NCBI GenBank assembly: GCA_964507055.1
Contig: CAZDOJ010000001.1
Coordinates: 401,313-465,312 of the forward strand
Direction of reading: 5' to 3'
DNA: 64,000 nt
Origin: an uncultured Gammaproteobacteria bacterium
Lineage (GTDB): Bacteria > Patescibacteriota > Microgenomatia > Levybacterales > UBA12049
Every line of letters starts with the position of its first letter. The first letter of the stretch is position 1. Below are positions 56,089-64,000 of this stretch, piece after piece. The notes beneath the pieces are model-generated. The model saw only the letters and a list, made by a program, of their open reading frames with translations, ran no database searches and was not told the origin of the DNA. The position numbers and the translations under genes were made by a program.

Positions 56089-57027
56089 ATGCTTCATGTG
56101 CTCCTCAAAAATAAACTCTTAATAAGACTATTAATATTTTGTATTTCTTTCATCATACTTTCAGGCTGGTATGGTCCTTGGATAATTGGAACGAAGCTTC
56201 TATACTCTTTTTACTTTTTTGTCTATGGAAACTTAGGAAAAGTTCTCTTATTTTCAGTCTTAGCTCTAGCAATAGTTATAGGTAAACGATATAAAGAAAT
56301 AAAAGTGCCGAACTATGATAAGCATGCATTTGTTTTTCTGTTGATAGCATGGATATTAGCTCCTTTGTTCTTTCCAATTGCATCCCTTCTACTTTTAGAA
56401 ATTTCATTTACAAGTAATCTTCCTTTAAGTATTCTTGCTCATTCTTTTATTATTGTAATACCTTTCCTCCTTGCTTTAGGTATATTTGGAATTAAATTTT
56501 GGATAAACTTTCTTAATATTTTTAAGAAAGAAATATATTTATGTGCAGGACTCGCATTATTCTTTTATTTCATGATTTTTTATATATGGACTTTTTGGCC
56601 TTATTTTAGTGATATTGTTTTAAGAAGTGTTCAATTTTTATTTAGTTTAAGTTTTGATAATGTAGTAGTTTTCGAACCTCGAACACTTTTTGTTGAATCA
56701 TTTGCTGTAACAATTGATCAAGCGTGTTCAGGACTAGAGTCTTTTCTACTATTTACTGGATTATGTAGTTTAATTGCTTATGTAGATCGTAGAAAAATTA
56801 ATTGGAAAAAGTTTATCATGTTCTATTTATTTGGCATTTTAGGAACATTTCTGGTAAATATACTACGTGTATACGGAATTATATGGGCTGGACTAATATT
56901 TTCCCCACAAATAGCAGCAGAACTTTTTCATACCTATCTTGGAATGATTTTCTTCCTTCTCTACTTCGTTTTTATCGTAAAGTATTTTTATAAGTACGTT
57001 ATTAATGAAAAGAATAAAAACATATAA
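56089..57027 (+). CDS. exosortase/archaeosortase-family membrane transpeptidase (putative)
   Basis: Eight or so TM helices with IDQACSGLESFLLFTG (conserved Cys-Ser-Gly) and NILRVYGI (Asn-x-x-Arg), placed as in EpsH/ArtA. The gene starts 7 nt after the PEF-CTERM gene. Confidence 0.6.
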   Translation: MLHVLLKNKLLIRLLIFCISFIILSGWYGPWIIGTKLLYSFYFFVYGNLGKVLLFSVLALAIVIGKRYKEIKVPNYDKHAFVFLLIAWILAPLFFPIASLLLLEISFTSNLPLSILAHSFIIVIPFLLALGIFGIKFWINFLNIFKKEIYLCAGLALFFYFMIFYIWTFWPYFSDIVLRSVQFLFSLSFDNVVVFEPRTLFVESFAVTIDQACSGLESFLLFTGLCSLIAYVDRRKINWKKFIMFYLFGILGTFLVNILRVYGIIWAGLIFSPQIAAELFHTYLGMIFFLLYFVFIVKYFYKYVINEKNKNI

Positions 57028-58066
57028 CTCCACAGTTGACCTAATAAGAGCGATAGCAATTATCTTTGTACTTGTAGTGCATGTTTTTAGTGAAATTCTA
57101 ACAAAAACTTCTCCTAATGCGTTGGATTGGCTTATTGCAACATTTTTTGTAACTTTTGGAAAAGTAGCTGTACCCCTTTTTATTATGCTGAGTGGATTTC
57201 TTCTACTTGAAGAACAAAAGAAATACACAATTAGCGAATTCTATAAGAAAAGAATACTTAGAATAGGTTTACCTTTACTTTTTTGGCCCTTTTTTTATTA
57301 TTTGGCCTATATAATTTTTAGCCCTAAGGAATTTAATTGGACGCTTTTTTTTAATGATTATATATTCCTCAATATGTACTATCACTTATACTTTCTTTTT
57401 ATAATCCTGGGCTTGTATTTTATTACCCCAATATTAAAGCCCTTTATTAATTCGTTAAATCTAGCGGAGAAAAAAATAACTATATGCTTAATGCTTCTAT
57501 TTTCTCTTATTATCACGAGTATTCATTACTATGCCCCAACACGGTTAAATTTTTGGACAATATTTACAGTATTCATTCCGTACATTTCTTTTTATGCGGC
57601 AGGCAACTATTTAAAATATATAAAAATATCTAAGAGGACACTAATTAATCTTCTACTATTTTCAGTAATTATTGTTTTAGTTACAGTATTTGCTAAATAT
57701 TTAATGCAAATATATATATATAGTAATTGGATTAACCAATACCCTGCAGATGGGCTAAGCATATTTGTTCTACCGTTATCTATACTTTCTTTTATTATAT
57801 TATTTAATGCTGAAAGAAACAGTAAAAATTTCTCAAACTTAGCAAAAAGTGGCCTTATTCGCAAACTTGCAGTAGCATCTTTTGGGATATATCTTATTCA
57901 TCCACTTTTTCTATATTTAATTAATAAATATACCTTAAATATTCATTTAAACGGACTATTATTAATATTATATTTATTTGTTAAAATTGTTATATTACTT
58001 ATACTTTCTTATTTATTTACATATATCCTAAGTAAAATACCAGTATTGAAGAAACTCATTTCATAG
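57005..58066 (+). CDS. acyltransferase-3 family membrane O-acyltransferase
   Basis: VDLIRAIAIIFVLVVHVF and about 10 TM helices; the OatA/WecH-like fold is commonly found in glycan clusters. Confidence 0.75.
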   Translation: MKRIKTYNSTVDLIRAIAIIFVLVVHVFSEILTKTSPNALDWLIATFFVTFGKVAVPLFIMLSGFLLLEEQKKYTISEFYKKRILRIGLPLLFWPFFYYLAYIIFSPKEFNWTLFFNDYIFLNMYYHLYFLFIILGLYFITPILKPFINSLNLAEKKITICLMLLFSLIITSIHYYAPTRLNFWTIFTVFIPYISFYAAGNYLKYIKISKRTLINLLLFSVIIVLVTVFAKYLMQIYIYSNWINQYPADGLSIFVLPLSILSFIILFNAERNSKNFSNLAKSGLIRKLAVASFGIYLIHPLFLYLINKYTLNIHLNGLLLILYLFVKIVILLILSYLFTYILSKIPVLKKLIS

Positions 58067-58133
58067 ATTTAGATTTTACAATCTTCCTAAATTCTTATTA
58101 AGCTGTTATTATATCTATTCTCAAACTGAACCT

Positions 58134-59393
58134 ATGATTAAAGTAAAAAAAATTATAAATAAATTCTATAATGACTCTTTATACAGAAATTCTATATTTC
58201 TAATGCTTACCACGTTTACAGGTGCACTTGCTGGAATGCTTTTCTGGACAATCAACACGAAATTATATACTCCAGAGGAAGTAGGAATTGCCACAGCAAT
58301 GATATCTTCTATGACTCTAATAACTGGGTTTAGCATGCTAGGATTAAATGTTGGGATTATTAGGTATCTGCCCAAGGCTAAAAATAAATCTGAAAATATA
58401 AATACTGTAATAACTACAGTACTTCTTTCTTCTTCTTTAATTTCATTGGTATTTCTATTAGGTCTAAATTATTTCTCTCCAAAGCTAGCATTTCTTCAAC
58501 AAAATTATATCTTTTTCATTATTTTTATCTTACTCGCTGTTATATTATCCATTGATAACATATTTAGTAATACTTTTATTGCAACTCGTAACTCTAAATA
58601 TGTATTTTATAAAAGCATTTTAGGCAATATTTTAAAAATACTTGCTCCCTTTGCACTTATTGGATTAGGTTCATATGCAATATATTTGTCATCTTCTTTA
58701 TCGTTTGTAGTAGCATTTATACTAGGCATTATAATTTTATATAAAACATTAAATTATAAAATAAGGTTCGCAATTAATAAAAATATACTTAAAAACATGT
58801 TTAAGTTATCATTTACCAATTACATTGCATCATTTTTAGCAAGCCTACCTTTGTCATTACTTCCGATTCTTATTGTTAATCAGCTTGGAAGTAAAGAAGC
58901 TGGCATATTCTATTTGGATTTAATGATAATCAACTTACTCAATACTATACAGTCATCAATAGGACAATCTTTATTTGCAGAAGGAAGTAATGATATAAAA
59001 GATTTGAAGAAACATGTATTAAAGGCAGTTAAATTTATCATATTAATCCTTGTCCCTGCAATATTAATTACGATATTTTTGGGACAATATATATTACTTA
59101 TTTTTGGAAAAGTTTACTCTGATGAAGGTATCTATCTTTTAAGATTATTGGCGATTTCTGTAATATTTACTTCTATTAATGGATTATTGAGTGCCATATT
59201 GAATATTAAAGCGAAGGTCAATCTTATATTGATAATGTGCATAATTGGCCCTATAATTCTACTTACGTTTATTTACTTTTTACTTCCGAGTGGGTTAATA
59301 GCATTAGGCTATGCATGGCTATTTGGAGAAGCTTTGATTTCGATTATATATATGAGTATGGTATACTTTAAAATTGTTAGAATAAAAACATGA
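58134..59393 (+). CDS. Wzx-like polysaccharide flippase (MOP superfamily)
   Basis: About 12 TM helices and the N-terminal N/K-rich helix-loop typical of Wzx. It lies in an operon with glycosyltransferases. Confidence 0.65.
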   Translation: MIKVKKIINKFYNDSLYRNSIFLMLTTFTGALAGMLFWTINTKLYTPEEVGIATAMISSMTLITGFSMLGLNVGIIRYLPKAKNKSENINTVITTVLLSSSLISLVFLLGLNYFSPKLAFLQQNYIFFIIFILLAVILSIDNIFSNTFIATRNSKYVFYKSILGNILKILAPFALIGLGSYAIYLSSSLSFVVAFILGIIILYKTLNYKIRFAINKNILKNMFKLSFTNYIASFLASLPLSLLPILIVNQLGSKEAGIFYLDLMIINLLNTIQSSIGQSLFAEGSNDIKDLKKHVLKAVKFIILILVPAILITIFLGQYILLIFGKVYSDEGIYLLRLLAISVIFTSINGLLSAILNIKAKVNLILIMCIIGPIILLTFIYFLLPSGLIALGYAWLFGEALISIIYMSMVYFKIVRIKT

Positions 59394-60295
59394 AAGAACC
59401 CTTAATTTATATAGTCCTCTTAAACTGGAATGGTTACAAAGATACAATAGAATGTGTTAAAACCTTGAGCAAAGTAAAATACAAGAATTTTAAAATTCTT
59501 ATAGTAGATAACGCTTCAGCGAATGAATCTGTAAAAGTATTAAAAAAAGAACTTCCTCAAATCAAGTTACTTGTGAACAAAGAGAATTTAGGTTTTTCTG
59601 GTGGATGTAATGTTGGAATTAAATACGCACTTAAAGATAAAGCAGATTATGTCTTATTGCTTAATAACGACACGCTCGTGGACAAAAATTTCCTTACGGA
59701 ATTGATTAAGGTATCAGAGAGTGATAAGAATATTGGGATAGTCAGCCCTTTTATTTTTTATGCGGATTCGCCAAAAAAAATATGGTCTGCAGGATTAAAC
59801 TTCCGCTACAAAAATGCATGGCCCTTTATTGATGAGAACAGAGAAACGCTTGATAAAGGACAATTTAAAAAACCTTTGAAAAATGAGTATCTAACTGGTT
59901 GCAGCATGTTAATAAAAAAAGACGTATTTAATAAGATTGGGTATTTTAAAGATGAATATTTCTTATATTTAGAAGACATGGATTTTAGTGTAAGAGCTAC
60001 CCGATGTAATCTCACTCTATATTCTGTACCTTCATCAAAAATTTGGCATAAGATCGGACAATCAAGTAAAGGAGGAAGCCACAAAGTAAAATACTTCTTT
60101 GTCCGAAATACATTACTTTTCTTTAAATATAATTTTACTCAAAAAGAAATATCAAAATATGTTTACTATTACATTAAAGAATATCTTTATCAATTTCTCC
60201 AATGCTTAAAGCAAAGAGATTTTATGCGAGCAAAAGCAATTCTAATTGGTTTTTATCATGGGATAACCGGCAAAACAGGTAATATTACCTTATAG
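59390..60295 (+). CDS. family-2 glycosyltransferase
   Basis: IVLLNWNGYKDT, ILIVDNASANES and NLGFSGGCN (rhamnosyl/galactofuranosyl-transferase-like GT2). Confidence 0.8.
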   Translation: MKEPLIYIVLLNWNGYKDTIECVKTLSKVKYKNFKILIVDNASANESVKVLKKELPQIKLLVNKENLGFSGGCNVGIKYALKDKADYVLLLNNDTLVDKNFLTELIKVSESDKNIGIVSPFIFYADSPKKIWSAGLNFRYKNAWPFIDENRETLDKGQFKKPLKNEYLTGCSMLIKKDVFNKIGYFKDEYFLYLEDMDFSVRATRCNLTLYSVPSSKIWHKIGQSSKGGSHKVKYFFVRNTLLFFKYNFTQKEISKYVYYYIKEYLYQFLQCLKQRDFMRAKAILIGFYHGITGKTGNITL

Positions 60296-60302
60296 AATTT
60301 TT

Positions 60303-61361
60303 CTAATAATTAATACACTCTTCATATACATCTTCAAATTCTTTACCTATCACCTTTATATCAAACTTTTTAATCCACTCCTTTGTCGATTTATTATATT
60401 TTTTCTTTGATTTAATAAGACTTATAATTTTTTCAGCTATATCTTCAGGATTTTCTGGCTCCGCATACACACCCGATATTCCTTCTTTAACCGCATCAAC
60501 TACCCCTCCAACAGCAGAGGCTACTACTGGAATACCATATGCATTTGCCTCCAGATAGACAATTCCAAAGCCTTCCACGCTATCATGAAGTTCTAAAACA
60601 GGTAACACAAAAATATCTAGCTTCGGATAAAAATTCTGTATTTTTTCTTTCTCTGTAATCTTTCCAAAATATTTCCACTTAAATTTAGCTTTTTTCAACT
60701 CATTTAAAATTAATTCTTTTTGATCACCGTCACCTGCTAAATAGTATTCAAAATCAAGATTAGTTTTTTCTTGTAATATATTCAAAGATTTTATAATATT
60801 TATGACGTTTTTTCTTTTCACTAATCTAGATAAAGTTCCAAGAATAATTTTTTTATTTTTAACTTTCCGGACGTTCTTCATTTTTGAGACATCAACACTT
60901 GGATAAATTATTCTTATTTTATCTGCATCTATATTAAAATTGTCTAATAATAACTTCTTTGTATATGAACTATCCGCTGTGATACCGAATGCATTTTCCA
61001 GCGTATGTTGATATTTTTTTTTAATGTATCCTCTCATATGAAATGGTAAGATTTCTAAACCGTGACATGTAACAATATATTTATTTTTTTTTAGATACAA
61101 AGCAGATTTTATATGCCAACTATGAATCACATCTGAATCATTTAGAATACGATTTAGATATGAAGCCCTTATAAGCATTAAGAAATCATAGACATACTCT
61201 ACTCTACTTAAGATGTTAAGGATAAATATATTAGGGTATCCATTTACAAAGTCCCTGTTATTAAATGTGTATCGGTTCTTCATTGTATCTTGCACAGAGA
61301 ATGCAAATTTCTGAATTCCACCTTTTACATTTATATCAGGAATAATATATGTTATTTTCAT
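60303..61361 (-). CDS. family-4 (GT-B) glycosyltransferase
   Basis: EGFGIVYLEANAYGIPVVASAVGGVVDAV (EX7E region). Confidence 0.85.
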   Translation of the reverse strand: MKITYIIPDINVKGGIQKFAFSVQDTMKNRYTFNNRDFVNGYPNIFILNILSRVEYVYDFLMLIRASYLNRILNDSDVIHSWHIKSALYLKKNKYIVTCHGLEILPFHMRGYIKKKYQHTLENAFGITADSSYTKKLLLDNFNIDADKIRIIYPSVDVSKMKNVRKVKNKKIILGTLSRLVKRKNVINIIKSLNILQEKTNLDFEYYLAGDGDQKELILNELKKAKFKWKYFGKITEKEKIQNFYPKLDIFVLPVLELHDSVEGFGIVYLEANAYGIPVVASAVGGVVDAVKEGISGVYAEPENPEDIAEKIISLIKSKKKYNKSTKEWIKKFDIKVIGKEFEDVYEECINY

Positions 61362-62548
61362 ATGCTCTTTATTAAATCTTTATATAAATTACCTCGCATT
61401 TTTGCGATATTCTCAGATTCAAACTTAGATCTATATTTTTTAAGATTCTCGATCATTTTAGAGTATAGATGCCTGTTACTTAATAAAGAACTAATAGCCT
61501 GTTCTAACGCTTTAGAATCATTGGGTCTAACTAGTAAACCTGTTTTATTATTTGTTATGCCTTCTGGTATTCCACCTGTATCAGTTGCTATACATGGTGT
61601 TAACGTAGCGTATGATTCTTGAATGAATCTACCGAATGGCTCTGGCCAGATAGAGGGAGCTGCTATTAAGTGACTTTTCTTATAGAGTTCGATAACTTCT
61701 TTATTTGTTAATTTTCCCAACAAGAAAATGTTTTTTACTTTGTTCTTGATAATGTACGCTTTTAATTTTTCTTTCTCTGGGCCATCGCCAGCTATATTTA
61801 GTTTTATACTATTATCATCAAGTTTCTGAAATGCCTCTACAAGGGTCCATATTCCTTTCTCAGAGGTTAATCTACCCGCAAAGGCTATAGACTTGTCGGT
61901 TATTTTTTTAGTAGTTACGTTGGGGATGTCAGGTAGTAGATTAGGAATTACTTCTATTCTTTCTGATTTAAAACCATGGGTAACAAGTTGTTTCTTTAAA
62001 TACTCACTTATCGTTATTATTCTGACCTTAGAATTTTTATGTGCTAATGAATGTTTGATACTATTCAGGTAGATCATAGATGATATTTTTTCATAAAGGT
62101 AAATTGGATACCTTGCTATACTTTTTTCAGTATATTTAATAGGTAATAGTACATAATCACGTACATCTATGACAACGGGTTTATTTGTATGAATTGCAGC
62201 AATGACGCTTGGTAAATAATAATGTCCTCCAAATACACACTGTATGAGATCTGGATCTAATTCTTTAAGTATAACTTTAGTTCTGAAGTAGTTCTTAAAA
62301 TGGTAGGTAATCATATCTAGGTAATGATTTATTTTTTTTGAAGAAGTCGATAAGTCTTTATACATATCTACTAATATTGGTATAACTTTATTATCTTCAT
62401 GTATCCATGGCTTTTTAGCATATTTACATGTGACTACGTTTATCTCAAAATCTTTCTTCATTGCCTTTACCATAAGAGCCGTAGATATTTCTGCACCACC
62501 TTTTATATAAGGAGGGTAATTTTGTGATAAGATAACTATTTTTTTCAT
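61358..62548 (-). CDS. family-4 (GT-B) glycosyltransferase
   Basis: EPFGRFIQESYATLTPCIATDTGGIPEGI motif. Overlaps both neighbours by 4 nt. Confidence 0.85.
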   Translation of the reverse strand: MKKIVILSQNYPPYIKGGAEISTALMVKAMKKDFEINVVTCKYAKKPWIHEDNKVIPILVDMYKDLSTSSKKINHYLDMITYHFKNYFRTKVILKELDPDLIQCVFGGHYYLPSVIAAIHTNKPVVIDVRDYVLLPIKYTEKSIARYPIYLYEKISSMIYLNSIKHSLAHKNSKVRIITISEYLKKQLVTHGFKSERIEVIPNLLPDIPNVTTKKITDKSIAFAGRLTSEKGIWTLVEAFQKLDDNSIKLNIAGDGPEKEKLKAYIIKNKVKNIFLLGKLTNKEVIELYKKSHLIAAPSIWPEPFGRFIQESYATLTPCIATDTGGIPEGITNNKTGLLVRPNDSKALEQAISSLLSNRHLYSKMIENLKKYRSKFESENIAKMRGNLYKDLIKSI

Positions 62549-63687
62549 GATGCAGTTTTAAGGTTTGTATATAACTTCTTTAAAAGATCTAAATTATGGG
62601 ACCACGAATAATTACTATCAATCACTTTTTTAGCATTTCTTCCTAAAAGGCTACTATACGTAGGTTTTTTAAACAATTTAATAATAAGCTCAGCAAAATT
62701 TACATTATCATCAGCTAATAAAATATTTTCTTTATCTTTTACAGATATTCCTTCAGCACCTTTTACCGTCGATACAATTGGTTTGCCCATACTCATATAC
62801 TCTAGTATTTTTAAGCGTGTACCTGAGCCGGATGATATTGGACATATACATACACCTGCATCAGAAATATACGGTCGAACATCTTCAACAAACCCCTTAA
62901 GATCTATTGAGGTATCATTTTCATAAAGTAATTTTAACCACTTAGGGGGATTCTTTCCAATGATAATTAATTTATAGTCTTTTATTTTAGATCTAACTTT
63001 TGGGTGTACAAATTCAATATAATTTTTTATTCCCTCTGCATTAGGAGCATATGAAAGTAATCCCATAAAGAGTACCGTATGAGATTTTCGCTTTCTATCA
63101 ATATTTACTTTAAATCGTGTCGTATCGACCGCATTTGAAATAATATGAACTTTTCTGTTAGAGACATACTTTGAAAAATATTCCTTTTCAATATTTGAAC
63201 AAACTATTACGGAATCCATTGTTTTAGCAATTCTTATTTCATCTCTTTTAAGCTTATTTGCCAATAATAGACCAATTAGTCTTTCAGTTAAATTCTTTTT
63301 TCCGATTTCAGAAGTAAATCGAACATAGTCAATATTATGTGTGTCTAAAACTAATTTTGCTTTAACATTTCGCAAGTGTTTATGCAAAGCAAAATAAGAA
63401 CTAAGTTCCTCAAATTGGATTACATCATATTTAGAGATCTTGGACAGAAATATTTTGTCAAAATTTGCTTCTTTTAGAACTTCAACATAAGGGATTCTGC
63501 CTAACAATAGAAAACGTATACGTGTTGATAACGATATCTCTCTATTACTCTTTCCATTTAAAAATGTTTTTGGATAGATTAAGTCTACTTCGTGCAACTT
63601 TCTTAAATTCTTATACATATAAAAATTTCTTGAATCAGCTCCACTATCTAAGCTAATAGGTCGTGTTGTTATTAATGCTATTTTCAT
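62545..63687 (-). CDS. family-4 (GT-B) glycosyltransferase
   Basis: SGSGTRLKILEYMSMGKPIVSTVKGAEGI motif. Confidence 0.85.
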   Translation of the reverse strand: MKIALITTRPISLDSGADSRNFYMYKNLRKLHEVDLIYPKTFLNGKSNREISLSTRIRFLLLGRIPYVEVLKEANFDKIFLSKISKYDVIQFEELSSYFALHKHLRNVKAKLVLDTHNIDYVRFTSEIGKKNLTERLIGLLLANKLKRDEIRIAKTMDSVIVCSNIEKEYFSKYVSNRKVHIISNAVDTTRFKVNIDRKRKSHTVLFMGLLSYAPNAEGIKNYIEFVHPKVRSKIKDYKLIIIGKNPPKWLKLLYENDTSIDLKGFVEDVRPYISDAGVCICPISSGSGTRLKILEYMSMGKPIVSTVKGAEGISVKDKENILLADDNVNFAELIIKLFKKPTYSSLLGRNAKKVIDSNYSWSHNLDLLKKLYTNLKTAS

Positions 63688-64000
63688 TTATATATTTTTG
63701 AGCTCCCATTATTATAAATAACATCTTTATTATCACTTAAAAATCCTTGAGGATATTCATATCTTAAAACATTACCGTTAAAACTTGCATATGTTCTGTT
63801 TTCAACAATATTCGTATAACTAGCATAAACGTATGAATTCTTATAGATGACTTGAGGCAAAATAGTTTTAGTAGTATCTGTCCAAGATGTATATCTTAAC
63901 CTTAAACTTGCATTACCATCAGCAAAAATTGCAGTATTTTTATATCGATGCTTTGCTAACCAATCGCCTGAAACAATTTCAGACTGATGCATATAAAATT
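63684..64000 (-). CDS. hypothetical protein, probably 5'-truncated by the window end
   Basis: The frame is open to the window edge beyond the ATG at 63992. The protein is Tyr/Asn-rich with no motif. Confidence 0.3.
   Translation of the reverse strand, partial: FYMHQSEIVSGDWLAKHRYKNTAIFADGNASLRLRYTSWTDTTKTILPQVIYKNSYVYASYTNIVENRTYASFNGNVLRYEYPQGFLSDNKDVIYNNGSSKIYK

Overview
This is an AT-rich bacterial locus of roughly 27-43% GC, probably from a monoderm or Patescibacteria-like organism; that taxonomic guess rests on gene content only. Reading left to right there are six blocks. (1) Housekeeping genes: typA/bipA, endonuclease III, peptide deformylase, a YjjX NTPase, a DsbA-DsbB pair, and a phosphoserine phosphatase (SerB) fused to a SerA-type ACT domain. 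(2) Two tandem signal-peptide-bearing Asn/Gly/Thr repeat proteins sitting behind a roughly 500-nt structured leader. (3) A GH10 xylanase followed by a duplicated cassette: processive GT2, ~60-aa LPATS membrane peptide, sortase or pseudo-sortase, and a giant CE4 deacetylase carrying several CBM4/9-like modules. (4) A GC-richer sugar-salvage block: hexokinase-like, alpha/beta hydrolase, GalT/HIT-like, sugar-1-P nucleotidyltransferase. (5) A divergently promoted pair of giant fused glycosyltransferases (GT-C-GH8; DPM1-like GT2 + processive GT2; DPM1-like GT2 + processive GT2 + GT4), followed by GT2, pyruvyl transferase, CE4, two GT-C membrane proteins and a glycosidase. (6) A very AT-rich surface-glycan island: a LAPTG substrate with its sortase, a PEF/PEP-CTERM-like protein immediately upstream of an exosortase/archaeosortase-like membrane protein, an acyltransferase-3, a Wzx-like flippase, a GT2 and three GT4. 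I found no CRISPR array, rRNA or convincing tRNA. The most unusual content is the duplicated ica/pga-like cassette with a catalytically dead sortase paralog, the PEF-CTERM/exosortase pair inside a sortase-rich genome, and the tri-domain glycosyltransferase fusions.
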